DNA from: an uncultured bacterium
Lineage (GTDB): Bacteria > Gemmatimonadota > Gemmatimonadetes > Longimicrobiales > RSA9
Direction of reading: 5' to 3'
DNA length: 64,000 bases
Assembly: GCA_937889645.1 (NCBI GenBank)
Contig: CALBZE010000091.1
Location: 5,672 to 69,671 of the forward strand
In this document: positions 44,517 to 56,400 of the stretch, piece by piece
How the letters are laid out: every line of letters begins with the position of its first letter
Position numbering within the stretch: the first letter of the stretch is position 1
The notes under the pieces: model-generated
What the model was told of the DNA's origin: nothing
The model's input: only the letters and a program-made list of their open reading frames with translations
Database searches by the model: none
Translations under genes and position numbers: made by a program

Positions 44517-44542
44517 GCTCTCCGGAGAGCAACGTTTTCGTT
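44517..44542. promoter_or_regulatory. Perfect 14-bp palindrome plus AACG-N4-CGTT inverted repeat in the TPR/atuA divergent spacer
   Basis: GCTCTCCGGAGAGC (44517-44530) immediately followed by AACGTTTTCGTT (44531-44542). Confidence 0.4.
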
Positions 44543-44620
44543 CACGTCACCGATTTGCCGACGCGCCGGGCGCGGCATATCTTGGCCACGCCGTACGCAA
44601 ACGCCGACCCGAGTACGATC

Positions 44621-45994
44621 ATGGACCGGACGATTCGAATCGCCTCCGGCCAGGGCTTCTGGGGCGACCGCCTGGACGCCCCCGTCGAGCAGGTCCGTCG
44701 CGGACCGATCGACTACCTCATGCTCGACTACCTGGCCGAGGTCACCATGTCGATCCTCCAGAAGCAGCGCTCCCGCGACCCGGCCCAGGGGTACGCCCGC
44801 GACTTCGTCCCGCTCATGGGCGAGATCCTGCCCGACTGCGTCGAGAAGAACATCCGCGTTCTGGCCAACGCCGGGGGCGTGAACCTCCCGGCCTGTCGCG
44901 ACGCCGTGCTCGACGCGGCACGCAAGGCGGGGCTCCACGGGAAGGTCCGCGTCGGCGTCGTCTACGGAGACGACATCATGGACCGCCTCGAGGACCTTCT
45001 CGCCCGCGGCCACGAGCTGCGCAACATGGACACCGGGAGGCCGCTCACCGACGTCCTCGACCGGGTCCAGAGCGCCAACGCCTACATCGGCGCCCGACCG
45101 ATGGTCGAGGCCCTCCAGCGCGGCGCCACGGTCGTCATCACCGGCCGCTCGACCGACACCGCGCTCACCTACGCGCCGATGATCCACGCCTTCGGCTGGG
45201 CGCCGGACGACTACGACCGGCTCGCCGCTGGCGTCGTCGCAGGACACATCAACGAGTGCGGCGCACAGGCTACGGGCGGAAACTGCCTCCTGGACTGGCA
45301 GTCGATCCCGGACCTGGACGACGTCGGTTTCCCGATCATCGAAGCCGCGCCCGACGGAACGTTCGTCGTCACCAAGCACGACGGGACCGGCGGCCGCGTC
45401 AGCATCGGCACCGTCACCGAGCAGCTCGTCTACGAGATGGGCGACCCTCGGGAGTACATCACCCCCGACGTCGTCGCCGACTTCACCACCATCCGCCTCG
45501 AGCAGGTCGGCCCCGACCGCGTCCGCGTGCACGGCGTCAAGGGTCGGCCGCCGACCGACAAGCTCAAGGTCTCGATCTCCTACTCCGCCGGCTACAAGGC
45601 CGTCGGCACCCTGGTCTACGCCTGGCCCGACGCCGTCGAGAAGGCCATGGCCGCGGACCGAATCCTGCGGAGCAGGCTCGAACGGCTGGGCCTCCGCTTC
45701 GACGAGATCCGCACCGAGTTCGTGGGATGGAACGCCACTCACGGCCCGCTCGCGGGTCCACCGCCCGCGGACGCGCCCGAGGTCCAGCTCCGCGTCGCCG
45801 TGCGGGCCGCGGACCGGGCACCGGTCGAGCGATTCACGCGCGAGATCGCACCGCTCATCCTGACCGGGCCGCCCTCGGTCACCGGCTTCGCCGGCGGACG
45901 CCCCAAGGTCGAAGAGGTCGTCGCCTTCTGGCCCGCCCTCATCGATCGCAGCGAGATCGAGCCGATGCTGCGGGTGGAGGTTTCCGAGGCATGA
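44621..45994 (+). CDS. Acyclic terpene utilization AtuA family protein (DUF1446)
   Basis: [55 protein letters not shown]. Confidence 0.9.
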   Translation: MDRTIRIASGQGFWGDRLDAPVEQVRRGPIDYLMLDYLAEVTMSILQKQRSRDPAQGYARDFVPLMGEILPDCVEKNIRVLANAGGVNLPACRDAVLDAARKAGLHGKVRVGVVYGDDIMDRLEDLLARGHELRNMDTGRPLTDVLDRVQSANAYIGARPMVEALQRGATVVITGRSTDTALTYAPMIHAFGWAPDDYDRLAAGVVAGHINECGAQATGGNCLLDWQSIPDLDDVGFPIIEAAPDGTFVVTKHDGTGGRVSIGTVTEQLVYEMGDPREYITPDVVADFTTIRLEQVGPDRVRVHGVKGRPPTDKLKVSISYSAGYKAVGTLVYAWPDAVEKAMAADRILRSRLERLGLRFDEIRTEFVGWNATHGPLAGPPPADAPEVQLRVAVRAADRAPVERFTREIAPLILTGPPSVTGFAGGRPKVEEVVAFWPALIDRSEIEPMLRVEVSEA

Positions 45995-46170
45995 GCCATA
46001 AACATCGCACCTGGATCGAGGTCCTGGTGCCGATCATCGTGATTCTCGGGTTGTTCACGCTGACCCTGATCTGGAACATCGTCGCCGCCTTCGTCGTCCT
46101 CTTCCTCGGGCTCGCGATCTGGCTGACCCGCTTCATCCAGCGGCACCAGCCCCCGCAGCCCGGCGGCTGA
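45991..46170 (+). CDS. 59-aa two-TM membrane microprotein
   Basis: ATGA overlap with the atuA-like stop; [48 protein letters not shown] is continuous hydrophobic sequence. Confidence 0.7.
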   Translation: MSHKHRTWIEVLVPIIVILGLFTLTLIWNIVAAFVVLFLGLAIWLTRFIQRHQPPQPGG

Positions 46171-46199
46171 GACGGCGCCGGCGACGCGGAGAGGCGAAG

Positions 46200-46550
46200 A
46201 TGCCCAAACTACCTCTGCTCCGTCTCGCCCACGCCCGCTCCGGCGACAAGGGCGACACCGTCAACGTCGGGGTGATCGCGATCCGCCCCGAGGATTATCC
46301 GCTCCTCGTCGAGCGCCTCACGGTCGAGGCCGTGAAGGAGCACTTCCGCGGACTCGTCCACGGCCCGGTCGAGCGCTTCGAGCTGCCCAACCTCCACGCG
46401 CTCAACTTCCTGCTCCACAACGCGCTCGGCGGCGGCGGCACGCTCTCGCTCATGACCGACGCCCAGGGGAAGACCTTCTCGAGCGCCATGCTGCGTATGG
46501 AGATCGACGTGCCCGACGAGGTCTACCGTCGGGTGACCGGGGAAGGGTAG
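46200..46550 (+). CDS. Stand-alone AtuA-type ferredoxin-fold domain protein
   Basis: LAHARSGDKGD..NVGVIA, VERFELPNLHALNF, ALGGGG...DAQGK resemble the C-terminal domain of full-length AtuA. Confidence 0.85.
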   Translation: MPKLPLLRLAHARSGDKGDTVNVGVIAIRPEDYPLLVERLTVEAVKEHFRGLVHGPVERFELPNLHALNFLLHNALGGGGTLSLMTDAQGKTFSSAMLRMEIDVPDEVYRRVTGEG

Positions 46551-46554
46551 CGCC

Positions 46555-47334
46555 ATGGAAGACTCTCGCCGGGTCCTATACGCGGTCGATGGCGGCGTCG
46601 CCGTCCTCACCCTCAACCGCCCCGACAAGCGCAACGCCCTCGACGACCAGATGGTGGCCGAGCTGGCCGAGACGTTCGACCGCGCCGATCGGGATGCCGA
46701 CGTCCGCGTCGTCCTCCTGCGCGGCGCGGGCAAGGACTTCTGCGCGGGCGCCGACCTCGCGCAGCTCGAGCGCATCGCCGCCGGGACCGGCCCTCTCGAG
46801 AATCTCGACGACGCCGCGGCGCTCGGGGCCGTCCTCATCCAGATGCGCCGCCTCTCCAAGCCGATCGTCGCCGCCGTCCACGGCAACGCCTTCGCCGGCG
46901 GCGCCGGGCTCGCCACCGCCTGCGACATCGTCCTCGCCAGCGACGACGCCCGGTTCGGCTATCCCGAGGTCCATCTCGGTTTCGTGCCCGCCATGGTCAT
47001 GGCGCTCCTGCGACGCGCATGCGGCGAGAAAATCGCCTTCGAGCTCGTCGCCCGCGGCGACAAGATCGACGCCGCCGAGGCGCACCGCCTCGGGCTCGTG
47101 ACCCGCGTACTCCCCGCCGCGACCTTCGAGCCCGACGCGATCGAGTACGCCCGCGAGCTCGCCGGCCGGTCCCCCTCCGCGCTCCGTCTCATCAAGCGCC
47201 TCTTCTACGGGATGGACGGCCTCTCCTTCGAGGAAGCGATCGCGCGCGGGGCCGAGGTCAACGTCCTCGCCCGCATGACCGACGACACCCGCGAGGGCGT
47301 CCGCAAATTCCTCCAGCGCAAGGCGCCGAGGTGA
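46555..47334 (+). CDS. Enoyl-CoA hydratase/isomerase, LiuC/AtuE (methylglutaconyl-CoA hydratase)-like
   Basis: LNRPDKRNAL, FCAGADL, AFAGGAGLATACD, FGYPEVHLGFVP; only the second crotonase Glu is present. Confidence 0.88.
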   Translation: MEDSRRVLYAVDGGVAVLTLNRPDKRNALDDQMVAELAETFDRADRDADVRVVLLRGAGKDFCAGADLAQLERIAAGTGPLENLDDAAALGAVLIQMRRLSKPIVAAVHGNAFAGGAGLATACDIVLASDDARFGYPEVHLGFVPAMVMALLRRACGEKIAFELVARGDKIDAAEAHRLGLVTRVLPAATFEPDAIEYARELAGRSPSALRLIKRLFYGMDGLSFEEAIARGAEVNVLARMTDDTREGVRKFLQRKAPR

Positions 47335-47528
47335 TCGCCGTGTTCCGACCCTCGCGCGAGAGCCGCGGGCCCGACCCGTTCCTCCAGTGGAAAATCGTCA
47401 TCTTCATCGTCGCGGCGATCGTCGGGCTCGCCGGTGTCGCGACCGAGAATCGATGGCTGGTCGGGATCGGTATCGTCGTCCTGATATCCGGCGTGCTGCT
47501 CCGCGCGCTCGGCCGCCGCGCCCGATGA
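47331..47528 (+). CDS. 65-aa two-TM membrane microprotein
   Basis: GTGA overlap with the hydratase stop; WKIVIFIVAAIVGLAGVA and WLVGIGIVVLISGVLLRALGRRAR. Confidence 0.6.
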   Translation: MIAVFRPSRESRGPDPFLQWKIVIFIVAAIVGLAGVATENRWLVGIGIVVLISGVLLRALGRRAR

Positions 47529-47752
47529 ATTCCTACCGTAAGACGACCTCGAATCTCTCGCCGCGCCCCGTCGCCTGAGGCGCCCGTGCCCCTGGCCCCG
47601 GAGCCGTCCCGGCGCCGCGGGGTACTGCCTAATTGACAGAGCCACGGGGCATGCGCCTTGCCCCGGTCTCCGGGCGAATCCATTCCATTTCGAACGAGGC
47701 GGTGTCTGCGGACGGACCGGACGCCGGGGATTGCCAGAGGCGAGGAGATCGA

Positions 47753-50368
<2,616 letters not shown>

Positions 50369-50406
50369 CGCCGAGCGCCTCGAGCGACCCCGCCCGCGGG
50401 CGTCGC

Positions 50407-50436
50407 TTGACACGAGGTTCCGTTCCGATCTAACCT
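50407..50436 (+). promoter_or_regulatory. Possible sigma70 promoter for the downstream lipoprotein gene
   Basis: TTGACA, 18-bp spacer, TAACCT (weak -10). Confidence 0.4.
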
Positions 50437-50498
50437 ACGACCGCGCCCGGGATGCAGTCCCCCCGGGCGCGGTTCCCCTGTTTCATAGGAGTCGGTGG

Positions 50499-50960
50499 AT
50501 GCGACGTCGCTCCGTGAACACGTCCCTGATGGTGGTTCCGGTGCTCGCGCTCGTCCTCGCGGCGTGCGCGACGCGGACCGAGCGCATCGCGGTACCGCCT
50601 TCGGATTCGAACGTCGCGCCGGTCCTCACTGTCGAGCGATTCCTCCGCGCGGTCAACGCGCGCGACTTCGAGACCATGGCGCGGTTGTTCGGGACCAGCC
50701 AGGGCTCCGTTAGGGACCGGGACCCGCAACCCGAAGTCGAACGGCGCATGTTCGCCCTCGCCTCCGTGCTTCGCCACGACGATTACGCCGTCGACGACGA
50801 GATGCCCGTGCCGGGGCGCAGCGGCGAGGCGGTGACCATAGTCGTCCGGCTCAAGGTGGGCGAGGAGCGCTTCCCCGTGCCGTTCACGGTGGTGCGCAGC
50901 AAGAAGGCCGGCTGGTTGGTCGAGAACATCGATATCCTGCGGATCACCGCGGGGACCTGA
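50499..50960 (+). CDS. Hypothetical lipoprotein
   Basis: Signal peptide with LAAC lipobox; TVERFLRAVNARDFETMARLF suggests an NTF2-like helix start (inference). Confidence 0.72.
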   Translation: MRRRSVNTSLMVVPVLALVLAACATRTERIAVPPSDSNVAPVLTVERFLRAVNARDFETMARLFGTSQGSVRDRDPQPEVERRMFALASVLRHDDYAVDDEMPVPGRSGEAVTIVVRLKVGEERFPVPFTVVRSKKAGWLVENIDILRITAGT

Positions 50961-50980
50961 TCGAGAGGCCCGTTCGGGGA

Positions 50981-51382
50981 TCACTCCTGGACCAGCTCGA
51001 TCAGGACGCCGCCGGTGCTGCCGGGGTGGATGAACGCGACGAGCCGGCCGTGCGCGCCCGGACGCGGGCGCTCGTCGATGAGACGCACGCCCGCGGCGGA
51101 TAGTCGCGCGAGTTCCGCCTCGAGGTCCGGCACCCGATAGGCCAGGTGGTGGAGACCGGGGCCCCGCTTCGCCAGGAACCGACCCACGGGCGAATCGGGC
51201 GATGTCGGTTCGATCAGCTCGATGCGGCCGACGCCCGTCCCGACGAAGACGACGTCCACGCCCTGGGATTCGACCCGCTCGCGCGGGGAACCGACGCCTC
51301 CCGTCAGGAGTTCGTACACGGGAAGCGCTTCTTCTATCGAGGCCACGGCGATCGCAACGTGGTCGAGAGGTCGCTGTTCCAT
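50981..51382 (-). CDS. mce: Methylmalonyl-CoA epimerase (VOC family)
   Basis: LDHVAIAV, IELIEP, FLAKRGPGLHHLAYRV, PGAHG..VAFIHP..TGGVLIELV. Confidence 0.9.
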   Translation of the reverse strand: MEQRPLDHVAIAVASIEEALPVYELLTGGVGSPRERVESQGVDVVFVGTGVGRIELIEPTSPDSPVGRFLAKRGPGLHHLAYRVPDLEAELARLSAAGVRLIDERPRPGAHGRLVAFIHPGSTGGVLIELVQE

Positions 51383-51481
51383 GTCTAGGGCGGCCGGGTT
51401 CTTGCAAACTCCGCTGTCCTTCGAAACCTAACACGACGCCGGCAGCTCGGCCACGGCCGCCGGCCACAGGAGGGAATGGGG

Positions 51482-51817
51482 ATGGCCGACAACGGGAACG
51501 TGAAGACCGCTTCGGACGCCAATTTCGCCGATCTCGTCGAAAAGTCCGAAGGTCTCACGATCGTCGATTTCTGGGCCGCTTGGTGCGGACCCTGCAGGAT
51601 GGTCGCGCCGATCATCGAGCAGCTCGCCGACGAGTACGCCGGGAAGGTGACCGTCGCGAAGCTGGACGTGGATGCGAATCAGCACACCGCCATGCGGTTC
51701 GGCATCCGCTCGATCCCGAGCATCCTGTTCTTCAAGGATGGCAAGCACGTGGACACCGTCGTGGGCGCGGTTCCCAAGCCGCACCTCGAGCGGAAGATCC
51801 AGGAGCATCTCGCTTGA
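51482..51817 (+). CDS. trxA: Thioredoxin
   Basis: VDFWAAWCGPCRMVAP, IRSIP, FKDG; AGGAGG RBS. Confidence 0.97.
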   Translation: MADNGNVKTASDANFADLVEKSEGLTIVDFWAAWCGPCRMVAPIIEQLADEYAGKVTVAKLDVDANQHTAMRFGIRSIPSILFFKDGKHVDTVVGAVPKPHLERKIQEHLA

Positions 51818-51887
51818 ACGCATCGGCGCCTCACCGCTCCGCGAAGCCGAGCGTGGTGCGTTCGTAGGACCCATCCAAGATCGGTTC

Positions 51888-51920
51888 GGACCGGCAGCTT
51901 CGCGCTGCCGGTCCTTTTTT
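51888..51920 (+). terminator. Rho-independent terminator of trxA
   Basis: GGACCGGCAGC-TTCGC-GCTGCCGGTCC, a perfect 11-bp stem followed by TTTTTT. Confidence 0.9.
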
Positions 51921-51954
51921 CTTGCGGCGCCCACCCGTTGACATGGCGTAAGTT

Positions 51955-52809
51955 ATGGCGCGACTTTATATTGTGAGTACCCCAATCGGAAATCTCGCCG
52001 ACATGACCCATCGCGCGGTCGAGGTCCTGCGCAGCGTGGATCGGATCCTCGCCGAAGACACTCGCCGCACGAGGATCCTGCTGCGGCATTACGATATCTC
52101 GACACCGCTCGTCTCCGCGCACGCGCACAACGAGGCGGCCCGTGCGGCCCAGCTGCTGGACTGGTTGGACGCGGGTGAGGACGTCGCGATCGTCTCGGAC
52201 GCGGGCACTCCGCTCGTTTCCGATCCCGGCGCACGGATCGTGCGGAGGGTGGTCGAGGCGGGTCACGACGTCGTGCCGGTGCCCGGGGCATCCGCGCTCC
52301 TGGCCGCGCTCGTGGTGTCGGGGCTGGAGCCGGAGCCGTTCACCTTCTTCGGCTTCCTCCCGCGCGGAGGCCGGGCGCGGGAAGAACGGCTGGCGCGGAT
52401 CGCCGCGCTGGATCACACGTCGATCCTCTACGAGGCGCCGGGCCGATTGGCCGCGACGCTCCGTGATCTGGCCGAGCATTGCGGTGCGGACCGAGAAGTC
52501 GCGGTCGCCAGGGAATTGACCAAGCTCCACGAAACGGTGTTTCGCGGAACTTTGGCGGATGCGGCTGCCTACTACGAGCGAGAGCCGGCGCGGGGCGAGG
52601 TCGTCGTGGTCGTAAGTGGACGCACGGATGATACTTACGAGGACGCAACCCGACCGGATCCGCACGCGGTCGCCCGCGAGCTGCTCGATGGCGGCGAGCG
52701 GCCGAGCGCGGTCGCGAAGGAGCTCGCCCGGCGGCTGGGCATCCCGCGCAACGCGGCGTACGACATAGTGCTTTCGCTCACGGGAGAAGGCGAAGGAGAC
52801 GGACCTTGA
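51955..52809 (+). CDS. rsmI: 16S rRNA (cytidine1402-2'-O)-methyltransferase RsmI
   Basis: LYIVSTPIGNLADMT, AEDTR, SDAGTPLVSDPG, YEAP, ARELTKLHE. Confidence 0.96.
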   Translation: MARLYIVSTPIGNLADMTHRAVEVLRSVDRILAEDTRRTRILLRHYDISTPLVSAHAHNEAARAAQLLDWLDAGEDVAIVSDAGTPLVSDPGARIVRRVVEAGHDVVPVPGASALLAALVVSGLEPEPFTFFGFLPRGGRAREERLARIAALDHTSILYEAPGRLAATLRDLAEHCGADREVAVARELTKLHETVFRGTLADAAAYYEREPARGEVVVVVSGRTDDTYEDATRPDPHAVARELLDGGERPSAVAKELARRLGIPRNAAYDIVLSLTGEGEGDGP

Positions 52810-53471
52810 GTGCCCTGTTGTTCGGAATCCTCTTGCAGGTGGCGGCGGTGCCGACGGAGCCGTCGCCGGTCCTCACGATCGCGCAGCTCCAATACGACGG
52901 CGGCGGCGACTGGTACGCGAATCCGTCGGGCCTTCCGAACCTCCTGCAGGCGATCCGCGAACGCACGGGGCTTCCGATCGCCGACACGCGTCGAGTGACG
53001 GTCCGGCTCACGTCGCCGAAGCTTCGCGACTACCCGTACCTCTACCTGACGGGTCACGGCAACATTCGCTTTTCGGACGACGAGGTCCGGGCGCTCCGGG
53101 AATACCTGCTCTCGGGCGGCTTTCTCCATGCGGACGACAACTACGGGTTGGACGAGAGCTTCCGGCGCGAGATGAAGCGGGTGTTCCCGGACAAGGAGCT
53201 GGTCGAGCTCCCCGCGGACCATCCGGTCTACCACACGTTGTACGATTTCCCGAACGGCTTGCCGAAGATCCACCTGCACGACGGGAAACCGGCGCAGGGG
53301 TTCGGCATTTTCCACGAAGGGCGCCTGGTCGTCTTCTACAGCTACGAATCGGACCTCGGAAACGGCTGGGAGGACCCCGGCGTGCACGGCGATCCACCGG
53401 AGGCACGTGAAGCTGCGCTGCGGATGGGGGTCAATCTGTTCCTTTATGCTCTGGCACAGGTAGCGCAATGA
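52806..53471 (+). CDS. DUF4159 domain exported protein
   Basis: YDGGGDWYANP, YPYLYLTGHG, GGFLHADDNYG, DLGNGWED, MGVN; signal-like N-terminus. Confidence 0.85.
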   Translation: MSALLFGILLQVAAVPTEPSPVLTIAQLQYDGGGDWYANPSGLPNLLQAIRERTGLPIADTRRVTVRLTSPKLRDYPYLYLTGHGNIRFSDDEVRALREYLLSGGFLHADDNYGLDESFRREMKRVFPDKELVELPADHPVYHTLYDFPNGLPKIHLHDGKPAQGFGIFHEGRLVVFYSYESDLGNGWEDPGVHGDPPEAREAALRMGVNLFLYALAQVAQ

Positions 53472-56400
53472 GCCCTGCGGGACAGCGACTCTGGAGAGAT
53501 ATATCGGCGGCGCGGCGGCAGGTACGGCGGGATGGGATCCTCGCGGCGGCGGCGACGGCGCTCGCGGCGGTGCCGGTCGCGCTTGCGCTGGCGTGGATCC
53601 TCGGGACGGCGCCGGCGTGGAGCGCGCCGAGCGCCATTCCGCTCGCCGTCGTCGTGGCCACGGCCGTCGCGGCGTCCACGGTCGCGGTTTGGGCGGTGCG
53701 CCGGTGGGTAGCGAGCGTGAACGACGCGGTGGTGGCGGCGGCGGCGGAGCGGCGTCGGGGTCTCCCGGAGGGGAGCGTGCGCGGCGTCCTCGAGCTGAGC
53801 CGCGCACTTCCCGTCGGGACGTCGCCCGCGTTGTACCTGCGCGCCGAAACGGCGCTTGCGCGTGAGCTCGCGGACGCGACGCCGCGGGAGCTTGCCGGGC
53901 ACGTCGGCGAGCGCGCGCGGCGGCTGCGCCAGCGCAGGCTGTTGCTTTTCTCGGGGCTCGCGATCGTGACGGCCGTTCTCGGGTTCGTCTCGCCGGAGCG
54001 CTCGCGTGCGGCGTGGGGCGCGCTGCTGAACCCGGTCGACCACCTGTCGCCTCCGCCGCTCCCGGCGATCAGGGTCGAGCCGGGCGACGTCGAGCTCCCG
54101 CGAGGCGCGCACCTGGACGTGGCGATCGAGGCGCCCGGCCGGGACGAGGTCACGTTGCGGTGGCGCATCGAGGGAGACGTCCCGCGGCAGCGTCGCCTCG
54201 CGCTCTCGGACGCGCGGGCGCGGACGAGGGTGACCGGCATCGACGCGGCGATGGTCTACTGGGTCGTCGCACCGGACGGCGCGGTCAGTGACACCTTCCG
54301 GGTCACGCCCCTCGATCCGCTCCTCCTCTCGGACCTGGTCGTCGACGTCGTCTATCCGGCGTACCTGAACCGTGAGCCGGAGCGCTTCGAGGACGAGGTC
54401 CCGCCGCTCACGGTGCCGGCGGGCACGGAGCTGCGTGTCCGCGGCCGCGCGACCCGGCGCCTCCAGGAAGCTTCCCTCGTGCGGGCGGACGGCGGGAGCC
54501 GGATCGCGTTCCAGGTGAACGCGGACCGGTTCGCCGGGCGGTGGACGCCCTCGGCGAGCGGGACGTACCACTGGTCGATGACCGACCAGCGCGGGGGGCT
54601 GCCCGTCGCCACGCCGCCGCCGCTCGAGCTCACCGTCGTCGCCGACGGCGCGCCGGTGGTCGAGATCACATACCCGGGCCCGGACACGATCCTCGGGCCG
54701 GATTTGCGCCAGCCGCTCGTCGCGGACGCCAGGGACGACCATGGCCTCCGCTCCGCGACGCTCGTGAGTTGGCGAGTCAGCCGTCTGGGCGCCAAGGAAG
54801 AGCCGGTCGAGGAGACGCTCACGCTGGAGGGCGACCCGGAGCGCGCGATCCTTCGCGCCGTGCTCGACGCCAGCGAGCGGCGTCTGCTCCCGGGCGACGA
54901 GCTGCACTATTACGTCCGCGTCGTCGACGCGTCTCCGGCCGGGCAGGTCGGCGTCTCGGCGACGCACGTGCTCCGGCTCCCAGGGATGGAGGATTTGCGC
55001 CGACTCGCCGACGAGGAGGCGCGGGCGCTCGTCGGCGAAGCGGAGTCGCTCGCACGGTCGGCGGAGCGGCTCGAGTCGTCGACGCGAGGCATGGCGCGGC
55101 AATCGGCGCGGTCGGCCCGAGGCGGGTCGGGTGGCAGCCCTGCGTCGGGCGGATCGACGGTCGGCCAAACCGCCGGCGGCCAGGACGGCGACCGGGCGCG
55201 CCCGGGATTCGCCGAACGGGAGCAGGTGCGGCAGATCATCGAAAACCAGCAGCAGATGGTCGACCGCGTCGCCCAGATGCGCGAACGGACCGAGGCGCTG
55301 CAGCGCGCACTCGAGGCCGCCGGGCTGCAGGACCCCGCGCTCCAGCAGCGGCTCGCGGAGCTGCGCCAGCTCTACGACCAGCTGCTGTCGCCGGAGCTGC
55401 GTGAGCAGCTCGAGCAGCTCCGCAACTCCGTCGACCAGATGGATTCCGAGGAGCTGCAACGGGCCCTCGAGCAGCTCGCGGCGCAGCAGGAGGAGTTGCG
55501 GCGGCAGATCGAACAGAGCGCCGAGTTGATGCGTCGTGCCGCCCTCGAGCAGCAGATGAACGCTGCGGCCAAGGAGGCCCGGGAACTCGCCGCGCAACAG
55601 GAAGCGCTGGCGGAGGAGCTGAAGCAACCCGGTGCGTTGACCCCCGAGCGGATGGCGCAGCAGCAGGACCTGGCCCAGCGCGGGGCAGCGCTCCAGCAGC
55701 GGATCGCCGGGCTCATGCAGCAGCTCGAGGAGCACGGCGAGCGCTCGACGGCGGAGCAGACGGCGGCGGCGTCGAAGCAGCTCGAGTCGGCGCAACAGTC
55801 GATGGACCGTGCCGCGCAGCAGGCGCAGCAAGGACTCGGCCAACAGGCGAGTCAGAGCGGCGGCGAGGCGGCCCAACAGCTCGAGAAGGTCGCGGAGTCG
55901 CTCGAATCGGCTCGCGACGCGATGGCCCAGGCGTGGCGCGACGAGACGCGGCAATCCGTCGAGCAGGCGGCCAACGAGGCGCTCGAGCTCGCCCAGCGCC
56001 AGGCCGAGGTCCTCCAGCAGATGCAGCAACTCCAGCAGAGCGGGTCGATCGGGGAGCAGCAGGGCGCCGATTCCCGTCAGCCGCAGGGCAGTCAGCCCGG
56101 GCAGCAGGGCCAGCAAGGGCAGGACGCGGGACAGCAGGGGCAGCAGTCCGACCAGCAGAGCCAGGTCGGCCAGCAGGGCGGCCAGACCGGGGACCAGGGC
56201 CAATCGGGCCAGCAGGGCAGGCAGGGCAAGCAGGGTCAGGGCGACCAGGGGGCCGGTCAGCAGGGTCAGGGCCAGGGTCGGCAGGGGCAGGGCCCGCAGG
56301 GCCAGCAGCCTCGATCCGGCGAGCCGGGGCCGGGCGGGCAGCCGTCCGGCGGGCAGCCCGGGCCCGGAACGGGCTCCGCGGACCTGCAGTCGATCCGGTC

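Noticed and set aside
47529-47752. Heat-shock operator (CIRCE, HAIR, CtsR box) upstream of clpB
   Set aside because: There is a TTGACA at 47633 and a GGGGCA-N7-TGCCCC inverted repeat, but no match to known operators and no suitably spaced -10.
51938-51954. TTGACA just upstream of rsmI
   Set aside because: Only 11 bp from the start codon, so a -10 would fall inside the CDS; not a credible promoter without TSS data.
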